NCBI GenBank assembly: GCA_037481835.1
Contig: JBBFKW010000011.1
Location: forward strand, 32,001 to 96,000
Reading direction: 5' to 3'
From: Desulfosoma sp.
GTDB taxonomy: Bacteria; Desulfobacterota; Syntrophobacteria; Syntrophobacterales; DSM-9756
Length of the DNA: 64,000 nt
Position numbers and translations under genes: made by a program
Shown here: positions 28,766-39,531 of the stretch, piece after piece
How the letters are laid out: each line of letters opens with the position of its first letter
Numbering within the stretch: the first letter of the stretch is position 1
The notes under the pieces: model-generated
The model's input: the letters and a program-made list of their open reading frames with translations, nothing else
What the model was told of the DNA's origin: nothing
Databases searched by the model: none

Positions 28766-28864
28766 GCCCACCGGATCGGTGAAGGTTGGGCTGGGAGCCG
28801 CGATCCCCGGAAGCTTCCAGCCCGTCGCGCGGCTGAGTTCGCAGCCTTTGGCCAGTCGCCCGCC

Positions 28865-28892
28865 GGTTGGGCTGAGCGGAGCGAACCTCAGC
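28865..28892 (+). repeat. Degenerate REP copy between mqnB and mqnD
   Basis: GGTTGGGCTGAGCGGAGCGAACCTCAGC matches the REP core with a few substitutions; a weaker remnant starts near 28784. Confidence 0.6.
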
Positions 28893-28982
28893 TCCCACCC
28901 GCCGGGCTTCACCGCCACTGCACGCCAAGGAAGGCGGCGGCGCGCCCCTGAAAATTTTACGTGGAAAACGGTGGAGGTCTGC

Positions 28983-29825
28983 GTGCCCCAGCGGCTCTCT
29001 TTAGGCTATTCGCCGTGTCCCAATGACACGTTCATCTTTGGAGGGCTTGCCCTGCAGGCCGTTCAGCCGGAAGGGCTGCAGCTCGAGCCGTTCCTTGCCG
29101 ACGTGGAGGTGCTCAACCGCAAAGCTCGGGAAGCCCATTTGGACGTGACAAAAATTTCTTTCAACGCCGCCGTTTTTTGCCTCAGGGATTACTGGCTTCT
29201 TCGTTCGGGAGGTGCCCTGGGGCGAGGGTGCGGCCCTCTTCTTGTGGCGAGAAAGCCCCGAACCCTGGAAGATCTGGCCCAGGCGGCCATCGCCATTCCG
29301 GGGCGCTTGACGACGGCGAACCTCCTTCTGGAGCTTCTCGGCATCCATCGGGGACCTCGAGTGGAAATGTCCTTTGAAAAGGTCATGCCGGCGGTGGTGT
29401 CGGGGGAGGTGGACGCGGGGGTTGTCATTCACGAAGGGCGTTTCACCTACGGCGATCTGGGCCTTCATCTGGTGTTGGACCTGGGCGCCTGGTGGGAAAA
29501 ACATACGGGATGCCCGCTTCCCTTGGGCTGCATCGTCATCCGGCGAAGCTTGGGGCGGGACACGGCGGCGGCGATGGATCGGGCCATTGGGCAGAGCCTC
29601 CGGTGGGCCCGCCGCCATCCGGACGCTGTGTGGCCCTACATCCGATCCCACGCCCAGGAAATGGATCCCCAGGTCATCGCCCGTCACATCGAAACATTCG
29701 TCAACGATTTCAGTGACGACGTGGGAACGGAAGGCGAGAGAGCCATTCGGAAGCTCCTTCACGAAGCCGCTCGAATTGCGGAGCTTTCCCTTCCCGAAGG
29801 CCCGCTCTTTTGGACGGATCCATGA
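28983..29825 (+). CDS. mqnD: 1,4-dihydroxy-6-naphthoate synthase
   Basis: GYSPCPNDTF, ADVEVLN, GGALGRGCGP, IHEGRFTY, DLG.WW and PLPLG motifs; GTG start after GGAGG. Confidence 0.93.
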   Translation: MPQRLSLGYSPCPNDTFIFGGLALQAVQPEGLQLEPFLADVEVLNRKAREAHLDVTKISFNAAVFCLRDYWLLRSGGALGRGCGPLLVARKPRTLEDLAQAAIAIPGRLTTANLLLELLGIHRGPRVEMSFEKVMPAVVSGEVDAGVVIHEGRFTYGDLGLHLVLDLGAWWEKHTGCPLPLGCIVIRRSLGRDTAAAMDRAIGQSLRWARRHPDAVWPYIRSHAQEMDPQVIARHIETFVNDFSDDVGTEGERAIRKLLHEAARIAELSLPEGPLFWTDP

Positions 29826-29937
29826 AGGAAAAACAAGGCGGCGTGAAGGGCTAGGTCGGCCGTAGGCGTTGTGGTTTTCCCTGAGAGCAGGCCCGCTCTT
29901 TTGGATGGATTTCTTATCAGGAAACGAGGTGACGTGA

Positions 29938-31080
29938 ATGGATGAGACAACCGTTCGCCTTTTTCTTTTTCCCCACAGCGTTCTGCCGGATGCGGCCGCC
30001 CGGTGTTTCTTCACCGTGTGGACTCCCTTGGAATGCCTCAGGGCCGTAGAGGCGGCCTTCGTTCCGGATTGGGCCGAGCCGCGTTGTGAGCAACGTGGGA
30101 TCGAAAGGAGTGAAAAATTCTGGGACCGAGTGCGTGCCGTACGGCAGGGATATCGGGAATTGGGGGCACGGGTCGGCGAAGACGGCCTGATGGCCGTGCT
30201 CAGTCGGGATTGGGCTTTGGGCTCCGGCCCCGAAAGCCGCGGCCAGATCCAGTCCATTTTAAAGGGGATCAGCCCCGAACCTCCGGATATGGAGGAATGG
30301 CTCCTGACGGAAGCGGCGGTTTTCTTGGAACTGGGAAGGGAACTGGACATTCGGGAACTGGAGCTTACAAAAAACCTGGAACATGTCGGCCGCTTGGAAG
30401 AGAATCTTCTCAAGGCCCTGGGAGCGGACGAAGAAGACACCGCGGAGCTCCAAAAAGCTTTGGAAACCACCAATCCGCCGCTAAGTCCCGATTGGGGGCA
30501 TTTCGGGTATCTGCTGCGCCAGAGGATCGCGCATTGGTTTCGAATGTTCAGTCGAGCCCGGGTGCCGGGCGGACGGGTTGTCCTGGCGGCGTTGGGCCGG
30601 GAGGTGGTGGACGAAGCCTTGGACCCCGTTCAAACGGAAAGGGAACGCAGGCGGGAGCCCTGGGATCGAGGGGAGATGCGTGTGCTGAGCATCCCGCGGA
30701 TGGATCTCCTGGGCCCGGAAGAGCTTTCCCGTTGGCTCGATGCCGTGGAAAAACTTGAAGCTCGGGGTCCCTTTCGACAGAGTCTCGAAGCTCTTATGGA
30801 AGATCCTTCACGCCCGGCTCTCAGGGAAGAGCTTCTTCAAGCGGCGCGGGATTTGGAAAGGGCCCTGCAAACACTTTGGGCTGAGTTTCGGCGGGACCTT
30901 CAGGGTCTGAGCGGGTACGGGTGCGTCCTGACGGCACCCCGCGACGTGACCTACGCCGATGTGTGGCAATCCGTGGACCGCGCGGGGGCGCAGGCTCTGG
31001 GCATGGAATCTCTCGGTCAGGATCCGGCGGTGTTCATCAGTTTGGAAAGCGATGAAAGCCGAGGCTTCGAGCTGCAGTAG
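29938..31080 (+). CDS. Hypothetical protein (380 aa, acidic, helical)
   Basis: Long ORF with GAGG RBS and host-like codon usage; no motif recognised. Confidence 0.7.
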   Translation: MDETTVRLFLFPHSVLPDAAARCFFTVWTPLECLRAVEAAFVPDWAEPRCEQRGIERSEKFWDRVRAVRQGYRELGARVGEDGLMAVLSRDWALGSGPESRGQIQSILKGISPEPPDMEEWLLTEAAVFLELGRELDIRELELTKNLEHVGRLEENLLKALGADEEDTAELQKALETTNPPLSPDWGHFGYLLRQRIAHWFRMFSRARVPGGRVVLAALGREVVDEALDPVQTERERRREPWDRGEMRVLSIPRMDLLGPEELSRWLDAVEKLEARGPFRQSLEALMEDPSRPALREELLQAARDLERALQTLWAEFRRDLQGLSGYGCVLTAPRDVTYADVWQSVDRAGAQALGMESLGQDPAVFISLESDESRGFELQ

Positions 31081-31098
31081 CTCGGCTTTGACATCAAT

Positions 31099-31356
31099 TT
31101 CCATGACCGGATGGCTGACGGCCGGTGCGGTCTCGGGCGCATCGTTCCGAAGGGGCGCACCCGTTCACGCCCTATGCCTCTGAAAGGGCACGGGATGCCA
31201 CCGGCCTAGGGCGAAGCCCGGGGTTGGGCTCCCTGCCTCACGGTCTCAAAGGGGCGAAAAATCTCACCGGGGTCTCACGACGGGTTCAGGCCCCCCTGGG
31301 ACAACGACGGAAGAAAGGCGACGAACCGAGCACCTAAAGTCGGCTTTCATATGGAA
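31099..31356 (+). ncRNA. Candidate structured RNA / nested-stem element upstream of pgi (unassigned family)
   Basis: Series of nested complementary segments enclosing several inner hairpins (see finding). Confidence 0.35.
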
Positions 31357-31429
31357 TGCATCATTCGAAGGCCTACTAGAGACGATTTCAATGCCGTGAC
31401 GTTTTCGGCCGGAACGCAGGAGAGCAGTT

Positions 31430-33142
31430 ATGCCGGGTCAAATCCTTCTGGAAAGCCACTTGGGAACGCTGGCCGGGGCCGTGGAGGCCGCCGTGGCGCG
31501 CATGCAGGCGGAAAACATTGTTTCTCGCATCTGGGTCGGCGATCACACCGTATGGAAGCAGGAACCCAAAGAGATCACCAACCGGCTGGGGTGGCTTAAA
31601 GCGCCGGAGTCTATGAAAGAGCGGCTCGAAGAAATCGAGGCCTTTGTGGACGATGTGCGGCGAAGCGGCCTGCGAGACGCTGTGCTCTTGGGCATGGGCG
31701 GGTCGAGCCTGGCTCCGGAAGTATTCTCACGCATGTTTCCTCCCCGCGAGGGTTTCCTCAAACTGACCGTTTTGGACACAACGCACCCCCAAGCCATCGC
31801 CCGAATCCAAAGGACTCTGGACCTTTCCAAGACCCTTTTCGTGGTGTCCACAAAATCTGGGGGTACGGTGGAAACCCTTTCGCTTTTCAAATACTTCTAC
31901 AATGAAGTGTCCAAGACGACGGGGATGGAAACCGTCGGAAGCCGCTTTTGTGCCGTGACGGACCCAGGCAGCGGCCTGGAAACGCTGGCCCGTTCCTTAA
32001 ATTTTCGAAAGATTTTCCGAAACGATCCCAACGTGGGAGGGCGCTATTCCGCCCTGACCTTTTTCGGCCTCGTGCCCGCGGCGCTTTTGGGAATCGACCT
32101 TCGGGACATTCTCGACCGTGCCGAAACGATGGCCGGCGCCTGCCGCTGGGACAACGGACCTACCATGGATCGCAATCCCGGTTTGTGGCTCGGGGCCGTG
32201 CTGGGTACGTTGGCTCTTGAGGGGCGGGACAAGGTGACCTTTTTTGTGGATCCGGTTTTCGCCAACTTCGGTGACTGGGTGGAGCAGCTCGTCGCCGAAA
32301 GCACGGGGAAAGAGGGTACGGGCATCCTCCCGGTGGTGGACGAGCCCTTGGGAGAAGCCGCCGCGTACGGGTCGGATCGATTGTTCGTCACCCTATGCGA
32401 CCGCAGAAGCCATGCGAGGGCAGGGACACCCGATCCGGCGGTGCTCTTCGGCGAACGGAACTTTCCCACGGTCTCCATCACGGCGGAAGGGCCGGGGGAC
32501 GCAGGGGCTTTGTTTTTCCTGTGGGAATTTGCCACGGTGGTGGCGGGGCACCTTCTGCGCATCAATCCCTTCGATCAGCCCAATGTGGAATCGGCCAAGG
32601 TGCAGGCGAAAAAGATGCTTGCGGCCTACAAAGAATCCGGTCGTTTGCCGGAACTACCGGCGGCCTTCCGATGGAACAATGTGGCGGTGATGGGGGAAGC
32701 GGAGGGTTCAAGCGCACCCGAAGCGCTTCGCCGTTTCGCCGACGCCGTCGCCGAAGGGGGTTACCTGGGGGTGCACGCCTATGTGGCGCCTTCTCGGGAA
32801 ATGGACGACGCTCTTGGCGCCTTGCGAAAAGCCCTTCGAGATCGCACGAAAAAAGCCGTCACGGTGGGCTACGGTCCGCGATTTCTTCACTCCACCGGCC
32901 AGCTTCACAAAGGCGATGCCGGCAAAGGGGCTTTCATCCAGATTACGGACGAGCCAAGGCCGGATCTTCCCATTCCGGACGAAGCCGGCCGGCAGGAGGC
33001 TTCGATGAGCTTCGGGACCCTCATCGCCGCCCAAGCCCTGGGCGATCGCGAAGCATTGCTCGCCGCCGGCCGAAGGGTGCTGCGTTTTCACGTCACCGGC
33101 GATGTGGCGCCAACGCTCCATGCCCTCGTCGAGGCACTCTAA
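31430..33142 (+). CDS. pgi: Glucose-6-phosphate isomerase (type related to the PGI half of transaldolase-PGI fusions)
   Basis: RLGWL, GMGGSSL, STKSGGTVET, VGGRYS, EQLVAESTGK, NPFDQPNVE..K and GPRFLHSTGQLHKG motifs. Confidence 0.88.
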   Translation: MPGQILLESHLGTLAGAVEAAVARMQAENIVSRIWVGDHTVWKQEPKEITNRLGWLKAPESMKERLEEIEAFVDDVRRSGLRDAVLLGMGGSSLAPEVFSRMFPPREGFLKLTVLDTTHPQAIARIQRTLDLSKTLFVVSTKSGGTVETLSLFKYFYNEVSKTTGMETVGSRFCAVTDPGSGLETLARSLNFRKIFRNDPNVGGRYSALTFFGLVPAALLGIDLRDILDRAETMAGACRWDNGPTMDRNPGLWLGAVLGTLALEGRDKVTFFVDPVFANFGDWVEQLVAESTGKEGTGILPVVDEPLGEAAAYGSDRLFVTLCDRRSHARAGTPDPAVLFGERNFPTVSITAEGPGDAGALFFLWEFATVVAGHLLRINPFDQPNVESAKVQAKKMLAAYKESGRLPELPAAFRWNNVAVMGEAEGSSAPEALRRFADAVAEGGYLGVHAYVAPSREMDDALGALRKALRDRTKKAVTVGYGPRFLHSTGQLHKGDAGKGAFIQITDEPRPDLPIPDEAGRQEASMSFGTLIAAQALGDREALLAAGRRVLRFHVTGDVAPTLHALVEAL

Positions 33143-33165
33143 GGACGCATCGGAGCCTGCTCGTT

Positions 33166-34512
33166 TCAGCGGTTTCCAGTATCGCAAGCCCTTGAAGTCG
33201 ACGCCTCGGGACCGGCAGACGTGCCGAAGACGCGTTGGAAGATGGCGTCCACGTGTTTCAAGTGATACCCGAGGTCGAACAGTGCGTCGAGTTCCGCAGG
33301 GCCGAGATGGGCGGCCACTTCGGGATCCGCCTCCAACCGATCCCTGAGATGCCCGCCCTCCTGCCATACCTTCATGGCGTTTCGCTGCACCACACGGTAC
33401 GCGTCTTCGCGGCTGAGGCCTTTGCCCACCAAAGCGAGGAGCACCCTTTGGGAAAACAGAAGACCTCCGGTGATTTCCATATTGAGGCGCATGCGCTCCG
33501 GATAGGCGACGAGTTTGTCCAGGACGCGGGTGAGGCGGTTCAGCATGTAGTCCAGGAGAATCGTGGAATCCGGTCCGATGATCCGTTCCACGGACGAATG
33601 GCTGATATCCCGCTCGTGCCATAAGGCCACATTTTCCATGGCCGCCAAAGCGTTTCCCCGCAACACCCGGGCCAGCCCCGAAAGGTTTTCGGAGGCGATG
33701 GGGTTGCGCTTGTGGGGCATGGCCGAAGAGCCTTTCTGGCCGGGAGCGAAGTACTCTTCCGCTTCGCGCACTTCGGTGCGCTGGAGGTGCCGGATTTCCA
33801 CGGCGATTTTCTCCACCGTACAGCTGATCACGGCGAGCGTTGTGAAATACTCAGCGTAGCGATCCCTTTGGATCACCTGGGTGCTGATCGGGGCGGGCTC
33901 CAGTCCCAGACGGCGGCACACGCGCTCTTCGATGTCGGGATCGATGTTGGCATAGGTCCCCACGGCCCCCGAAATCTTTCCCACCCGCATGGTCTCTCGG
34001 GCTCGCTGGAGCCTTTCTCGGTTTCGCTGCATTTCGGCGTACCAGAGGGCCCATTTGAGGCCGAAGGTGACGGGTTCGGCGTGGATTCCGTGAGAACGGC
34101 CCATCATGACCGTGTTTTTGAACTCGTAGGCACGTCGCTTGAGCACGTCCAGCAGCCGGTCCAGGTCTTCCAGGAGGAGGTCCGACGCCTCGAGAAAAAG
34201 CAGGGCGTTGGCCGTGTCCAAGACGTCGGAAGACGTCAGTCCTTCGTGGATGAACCGGGAGGCCGGCCCCACGTGTTCGGCCACGCAGGTCAGGAAGGCG
34301 ATGACGTCGTGTTGGGTTTCCTTTTCGATTTCGTCGATCCGTTCCACGCGGAAAGCGGCTTTTTCGCGAATATCCTTCATGGCCCACGGCGGGATTTCCC
34401 CCCGTTCCGCCCGGGCTTCGCACACGGCCAGTTCCACGTCCAGCCACTTGCGGTACTTGTTTTCCAAGGTCCAGATGCGGCCCATCTCCGGGCGCGTGTA
34501 TCTCTCGATCAT
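33166..34512 (-). CDS. purB: Adenylosuccinate lyase
   Basis: MIERY, HDV, GLTSSDV, GRSHG.HAEP, SSAMPHKRNP and WHERDISHSSVER motifs. Confidence 0.97.
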   Translation of the reverse strand: MIERYTRPEMGRIWTLENKYRKWLDVELAVCEARAERGEIPPWAMKDIREKAAFRVERIDEIEKETQHDVIAFLTCVAEHVGPASRFIHEGLTSSDVLDTANALLFLEASDLLLEDLDRLLDVLKRRAYEFKNTVMMGRSHGIHAEPVTFGLKWALWYAEMQRNRERLQRARETMRVGKISGAVGTYANIDPDIEERVCRRLGLEPAPISTQVIQRDRYAEYFTTLAVISCTVEKIAVEIRHLQRTEVREAEEYFAPGQKGSSAMPHKRNPIASENLSGLARVLRGNALAAMENVALWHERDISHSSVERIIGPDSTILLDYMLNRLTRVLDKLVAYPERMRLNMEITGGLLFSQRVLLALVGKGLSREDAYRVVQRNAMKVWQEGGHLRDRLEADPEVAAHLGPAELDALFDLGYHLKHVDAIFQRVFGTSAGPEASTSRACDTGNR

Positions 34513-34557
34513 TGAATCCCAATCCTTTCTGTGAAATGGATTTTTCGTCCCTTGAAT

Positions 34558-35223
34558 TCAGCCGCTTCGGGCGACTTTGTTGAGCTGTTCCATGGCCTTG
34601 CTGGGGGCCAGCAGGACGAGCACGTCTCCGGTTCGGATGACGAAATCGGCCTTTGGAATGAAAATCGGGGTGGCGCTGGACGCTTGTCGCACCGCCAGCA
34701 CCTGGGTTCCGAAACGGTTGATCATGTCCAGTTCCCTCAGGGTTTTTCCCACAAACGGCGGCGGAGCTTCCACTTCGAAAATGCCGTGATCCCCGATAAA
34801 GGGCAAATACTCCAGCATGTTCGGGTAGGCCAGCCGCCTGGCCAGGCTTAATGCCAAGTCCTTTTCAGGAAAAAGGATTTGATCGGCCCCCACGCGCCGG
34901 AGAATCCTTTCGTGTTCTTCACTGAGCGCCTTGGCGTATACGTTTCGGACTCCGATTTCCTTCAGAAGGAACGTGGCGAGAATGCTGGCCAGCATGTTGG
35001 TCCCGATGGTCACCACGGCCACATCGGCTTCGGTGACTCCCAGGTCCAGAAGGTTTTCCTTTTGGGTGGCATCCGCCGTGGCGGCCACGGCGATGTCGTT
35101 TTTGGCATGCTGCACGGCGTCCTTTCGAATATCCAGGCCCAGCACGTCAAAACCCTGCCGGGAGAGTTCCCGTCCCAGGTAGTACCCGAAATTGCCTAAG
35201 CCGATAATGGCGATGCGTTTCAC
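34558..35223 (-). CDS. trkA: Trk/Ktr potassium uptake NAD-binding subunit
   Basis: IGLGNFG RCK-N domain, GAD..FPE, RCK-C domain. Confidence 0.9.
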   Translation of the reverse strand: MKRIAIIGLGNFGYYLGRELSRQGFDVLGLDIRKDAVQHAKNDIAVAATADATQKENLLDLGVTEADVAVVTIGTNMLASILATFLLKEIGVRNVYAKALSEEHERILRRVGADQILFPEKDLALSLARRLAYPNMLEYLPFIGDHGIFEVEAPPPFVGKTLRELDMINRFGTQVLAVRQASSATPIFIPKADFVIRTGDVLVLLAPSKAMEQLNKVARSG

Positions 35224-35234
35224 GGGTCATCCTT

Positions 35235-36602
35235 TCAGCCGATCATCACGGGTTCTTCGGCGTATTCGTAGCGGCTCGTCCGCGTTGTGGGTTGCATGGC
35301 CGAGGCCAGCACCAGAGGCCCCAGACGGCCGATGAACATGAGGGCGATGACCGTGACCTTACCCCAGGAGCTCAGCGTGGGGGTGGCGCCCAGGCTCAGC
35401 CCCACCGTGCCGAACGCCGAGGTGGCCTCGAAAAGGAGATCCAGGAAACGGCCTCGACCTTCCGGGACCCGAAGGCGCCCCAGTTCGGAGCCGAGCAGGA
35501 AGGCCGTGCCCAGGACCACCACCACAGCCGACAACACAAACACGGAGAAAGCCCGCCGCAAGGTTTCATCGGAAATGGTCCTTTTGAACGCATGCACGCA
35601 GGGACTCCCTTTCAGGCGGGCTCGACTGAGAGCTACCAAGACCGCAACAGTCGTGGTCTTGACCCCGCCGCCTGTGGATCCTGGGCAGGCGCCGACGAAC
35701 ATCAAAAGGATCGTTCCCAGAAGGGTCAACTCCTTCATGGAGGAAAAGTCCAGGGAGTTGAAGCCGGCCGTCCGAGTGGTGACGGATTGGAAAAACGAGA
35801 GCAGGATCTTGCGGTGAAGGGGCATGCCGGCCAGAGTGTTCGTCCATTCGGTGCTCAAGAAGAACATGGTGCCGGAGATGAGCAGGAAAACCGTGGTGGT
35901 GACGGCCAGCTTGGAATGCAGGGACAGCCGCCTCCAAGGTTTCCGTGAGTGGAAGGAGCGAGCCGCTTCATGGAGGACGAGAAACCCGAGGCCGCCGGAG
36001 ATGATCAACCCCGCCATGGTCAGGAGCACTACAGGGGAGTCTTGAAACCCCATGAGGGAGTCCGAAAAGAGGGAGAACCCCGCGTTGCAGAAGGCACTCA
36101 CACTGTGGAAGACCGCATGAAAAACAGCTTCACCGGGCGGTATCTTTTGGAGAAAGGCTCCGGCGAGTATGACGGCTCCCGCACCTTCGATCAGAGCGGT
36201 AAAGAGCACGACGTGGGCGATGAGGCTTCCTAGAGGGGCGCTTGGGCCGTAGGTGTAGGTGTCTTGGAGGAGAAAACGGGACTGAAAGGAGACGCGTTGG
36301 CCCAAGGCCATGAGAAGCACGGTGGAAAACACCATGATGCCGAGGCCGCCCACCTGGATCAGGGCCATGAGCACTCCTTGAGCCGATGGGCGGAAAAGGG
36401 TGCCCACATCGTAGAGGCTCAGCCCCGTAACACAGGTGGCCGAAGTGGCCATGAACACGGCATCGAGAAAAGGAATATGGGTCTCCGTTCGGGTGGGAAT
36501 CGCCCACAGAGCCAGACTGCCCGCAAAGATGACGGCAGCGAACCCCACGACGGGGATAAGGGACGCCGGCAGGGGCGAAGTTTTCCTGTGCTCGAGTTTC
36601 AT
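35235..36602 (-). CDS. trkH: Trk/Ktr potassium uptake membrane subunit
   Basis: Four pore loops SATCVTGL, SAFCNAGF, TRTAGF, SAFGTVGLS; PGSTGGGVK; MFIGRLG. Confidence 0.93.
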   Translation of the reverse strand: MKLEHRKTSPLPASLIPVVGFAAVIFAGSLALWAIPTRTETHIPFLDAVFMATSATCVTGLSLYDVGTLFRPSAQGVLMALIQVGGLGIMVFSTVLLMALGQRVSFQSRFLLQDTYTYGPSAPLGSLIAHVVLFTALIEGAGAVILAGAFLQKIPPGEAVFHAVFHSVSAFCNAGFSLFSDSLMGFQDSPVVLLTMAGLIISGGLGFLVLHEAARSFHSRKPWRRLSLHSKLAVTTTVFLLISGTMFFLSTEWTNTLAGMPLHRKILLSFFQSVTTRTAGFNSLDFSSMKELTLLGTILLMFVGACPGSTGGGVKTTTVAVLVALSRARLKGSPCVHAFKRTISDETLRRAFSVFVLSAVVVVLGTAFLLGSELGRLRVPEGRGRFLDLLFEATSAFGTVGLSLGATPTLSSWGKVTVIALMFIGRLGPLVLASAMQPTTRTSRYEYAEEPVMIG

Positions 36603-36701
36603 AAGGGATTTTTCCTTGAGCCGAACCGGCTCTCCTATAGCACAAGATCACGGCCGGTGTCCAAAACCCTTTGAAAGGGCTGTGAAAGACCGGACGACGG
36701 T

Positions 36702-36729
36702 TTGACTCTTGCCGAGCGGTGACTATAAT
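36702..36729 (+). promoter_or_regulatory. Sigma70 promoter for sfsA-eno-coaE-sdhAB
   Basis: TTGACT-N16-TATAAT in the divergent trkH/sfsA gap. Confidence 0.6.
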
Positions 36730-36785
36730 CAGCTCACTATGCAAAGCCGTTCGTACGATGCTTGAGACCCTTTTCAGGACTCATC

Positions 36786-37508
36786 ATGCCCGAGGCACTG
36801 CTTCAGACGGTTCGTTTGAATTTGGCGGGGCTCATCCCCGCGGTTTTTGTCCGACGTCCGAACCGTTTTCTGGCGGAAGTGCTCATGGAAGACGGCCGCC
36901 GGGAGAGGGTCCATTGCCCCAATTCGGGATCCATGAAGGGGTGTTTGGAGGAGGGGGCCCCGGTGCGCCTGTCTCGTGCCCCTTCAGGCCGGGTTCGCAA
37001 GACGGCTTACACGTGGGAAATGATCAAGATCAACGGCGGCTGGGTGGGCATCAACACCCAGGTTCCCAACGAACTGGCGGCCCAGGCCGCCCAGAAGCGG
37101 GCGGTTCCCCTTTTTCGAAACGTTCATGCCGTGCAGCGAGAGGTGGCTGTCGGAGCCCACGCCCGCATGGACCTCCGGGCGGAGACCTCCTCGGGGCCCC
37201 TTTGGGTGGAAGTGAAGAACGTGACCCTTGTGGAAGACGGCACGGCCTTTTTCCCCGATGCCGTGACCGATCGAGGGACCAAGCATTTGGACGTTCTTGT
37301 GGACCGGGTCCGCTGCGGCGAGCAGGCGGCCATGTTCTATGTGGTGCAAAGGACGGACGCCCGCCGGTTCGCTCCGGCGGCCCACATTGATCCCGTTTAC
37401 GCCGAGCGTTTCCGGTGGGCGAGAGGCGAAGGGGTCGCTGTGTGCGTCGTGCAGGCCCGGGTCAGTCCCGAAGCGATCGTTTTGGAAAGATTCTTGCCGT
37501 TTGAGTGA
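36786..37508 (+). CDS. sfsA: DNA/RNA nuclease SfsA
   Basis: RPNRF, HCPNSGSM, EV..RMD, VEVKNVTL and FPDAVT.RG.KHL motifs. Confidence 0.93.
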   Translation: MPEALLQTVRLNLAGLIPAVFVRRPNRFLAEVLMEDGRRERVHCPNSGSMKGCLEEGAPVRLSRAPSGRVRKTAYTWEMIKINGGWVGINTQVPNELAAQAAQKRAVPLFRNVHAVQREVAVGAHARMDLRAETSSGPLWVEVKNVTLVEDGTAFFPDAVTDRGTKHLDVLVDRVRCGEQAAMFYVVQRTDARRFAPAAHIDPVYAERFRWARGEGVAVCVVQARVSPEAIVLERFLPFE

Positions 37509-38870
<1,362 letters not shown>

Positions 38871-38883
38871 AGCCACATCGGAC

Positions 38884-39531
38884 ATGCAGGATCGGCCCGT
38901 GCGCATCGCCTTGACGGGCGGGATCGCTTCCGGCAAAAGCACGGTGGCGAAAATGCTGGCGGACAAAGGGGCCGTGGTGCTGGATGCCGACGAAGCGGCC
39001 CGCCGAGCGGTTCGGCCGGGCCAGCCCGCGTGGGTGAAGCTCAAGGAAATCCTAGGGCCTGATTTTTTCGATCCCTCCACGGGAGAACTCAAGAGAAGGA
39101 AACTTCGGGAGCGGATCATCCGCGACGAGGCGCTCCGCTCCCAAGTCAATGCCGCGGTACACCCCGCCGTGCTGGAGACCATGGAAGCGGCGTGGCGCGA
39201 GTGGTGCCTGCGCGAGCCGGATCGGCCCGTCATTTTTGATATCCCCTTGCTCTATGAGGCGGACCTCCAAGAAGCCTTCGACTGTGTCGTCCTGGCCTAT
39301 GCCGATCCGCAAACCCAGGTGATGCGGTTGAGTCGCCGGGACGGGGTTTCGCTGGAGGAAGCGCACAAGACCCTGGCCATGCAGCTTCCCATCGAATGGA
39401 AACGCCGTCGGGCCCATGTGGTCATCGACAACTCGGGGGATTTGGAAAGCACACGCCGCCAGGTGGACGCTCTGTGGGAGAAAATCATGCAAAGGAAAAG
39501 GCGATGCCGGAAACACGCACCCACGACGTGA
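38884..39531 (+). CDS. coaE: Dephospho-CoA kinase
   Basis: [23 protein letters not shown] and IDNSG motifs. Confidence 0.94.
   Translation: MQDRPVRIALTGGIASGKSTVAKMLADKGAVVLDADEAARRAVRPGQPAWVKLKEILGPDFFDPSTGELKRRKLRERIIRDEALRSQVNAAVHPAVLETMEAAWREWCLREPDRPVIFDIPLLYEADLQEAFDCVVLAYADPQTQVMRLSRRDGVSLEEAHKTLAMQLPIEWKRRRAHVVIDNSGDLESTRRQVDALWEKIMQRKRRCRKHAPTT

Noticed and set aside
31099..31356. RNase P, SRP RNA or tmRNA
   Set aside because: No GAGGAAAGUCC, no SRP helix-8 motif and no tRNA-like ends on either strand.
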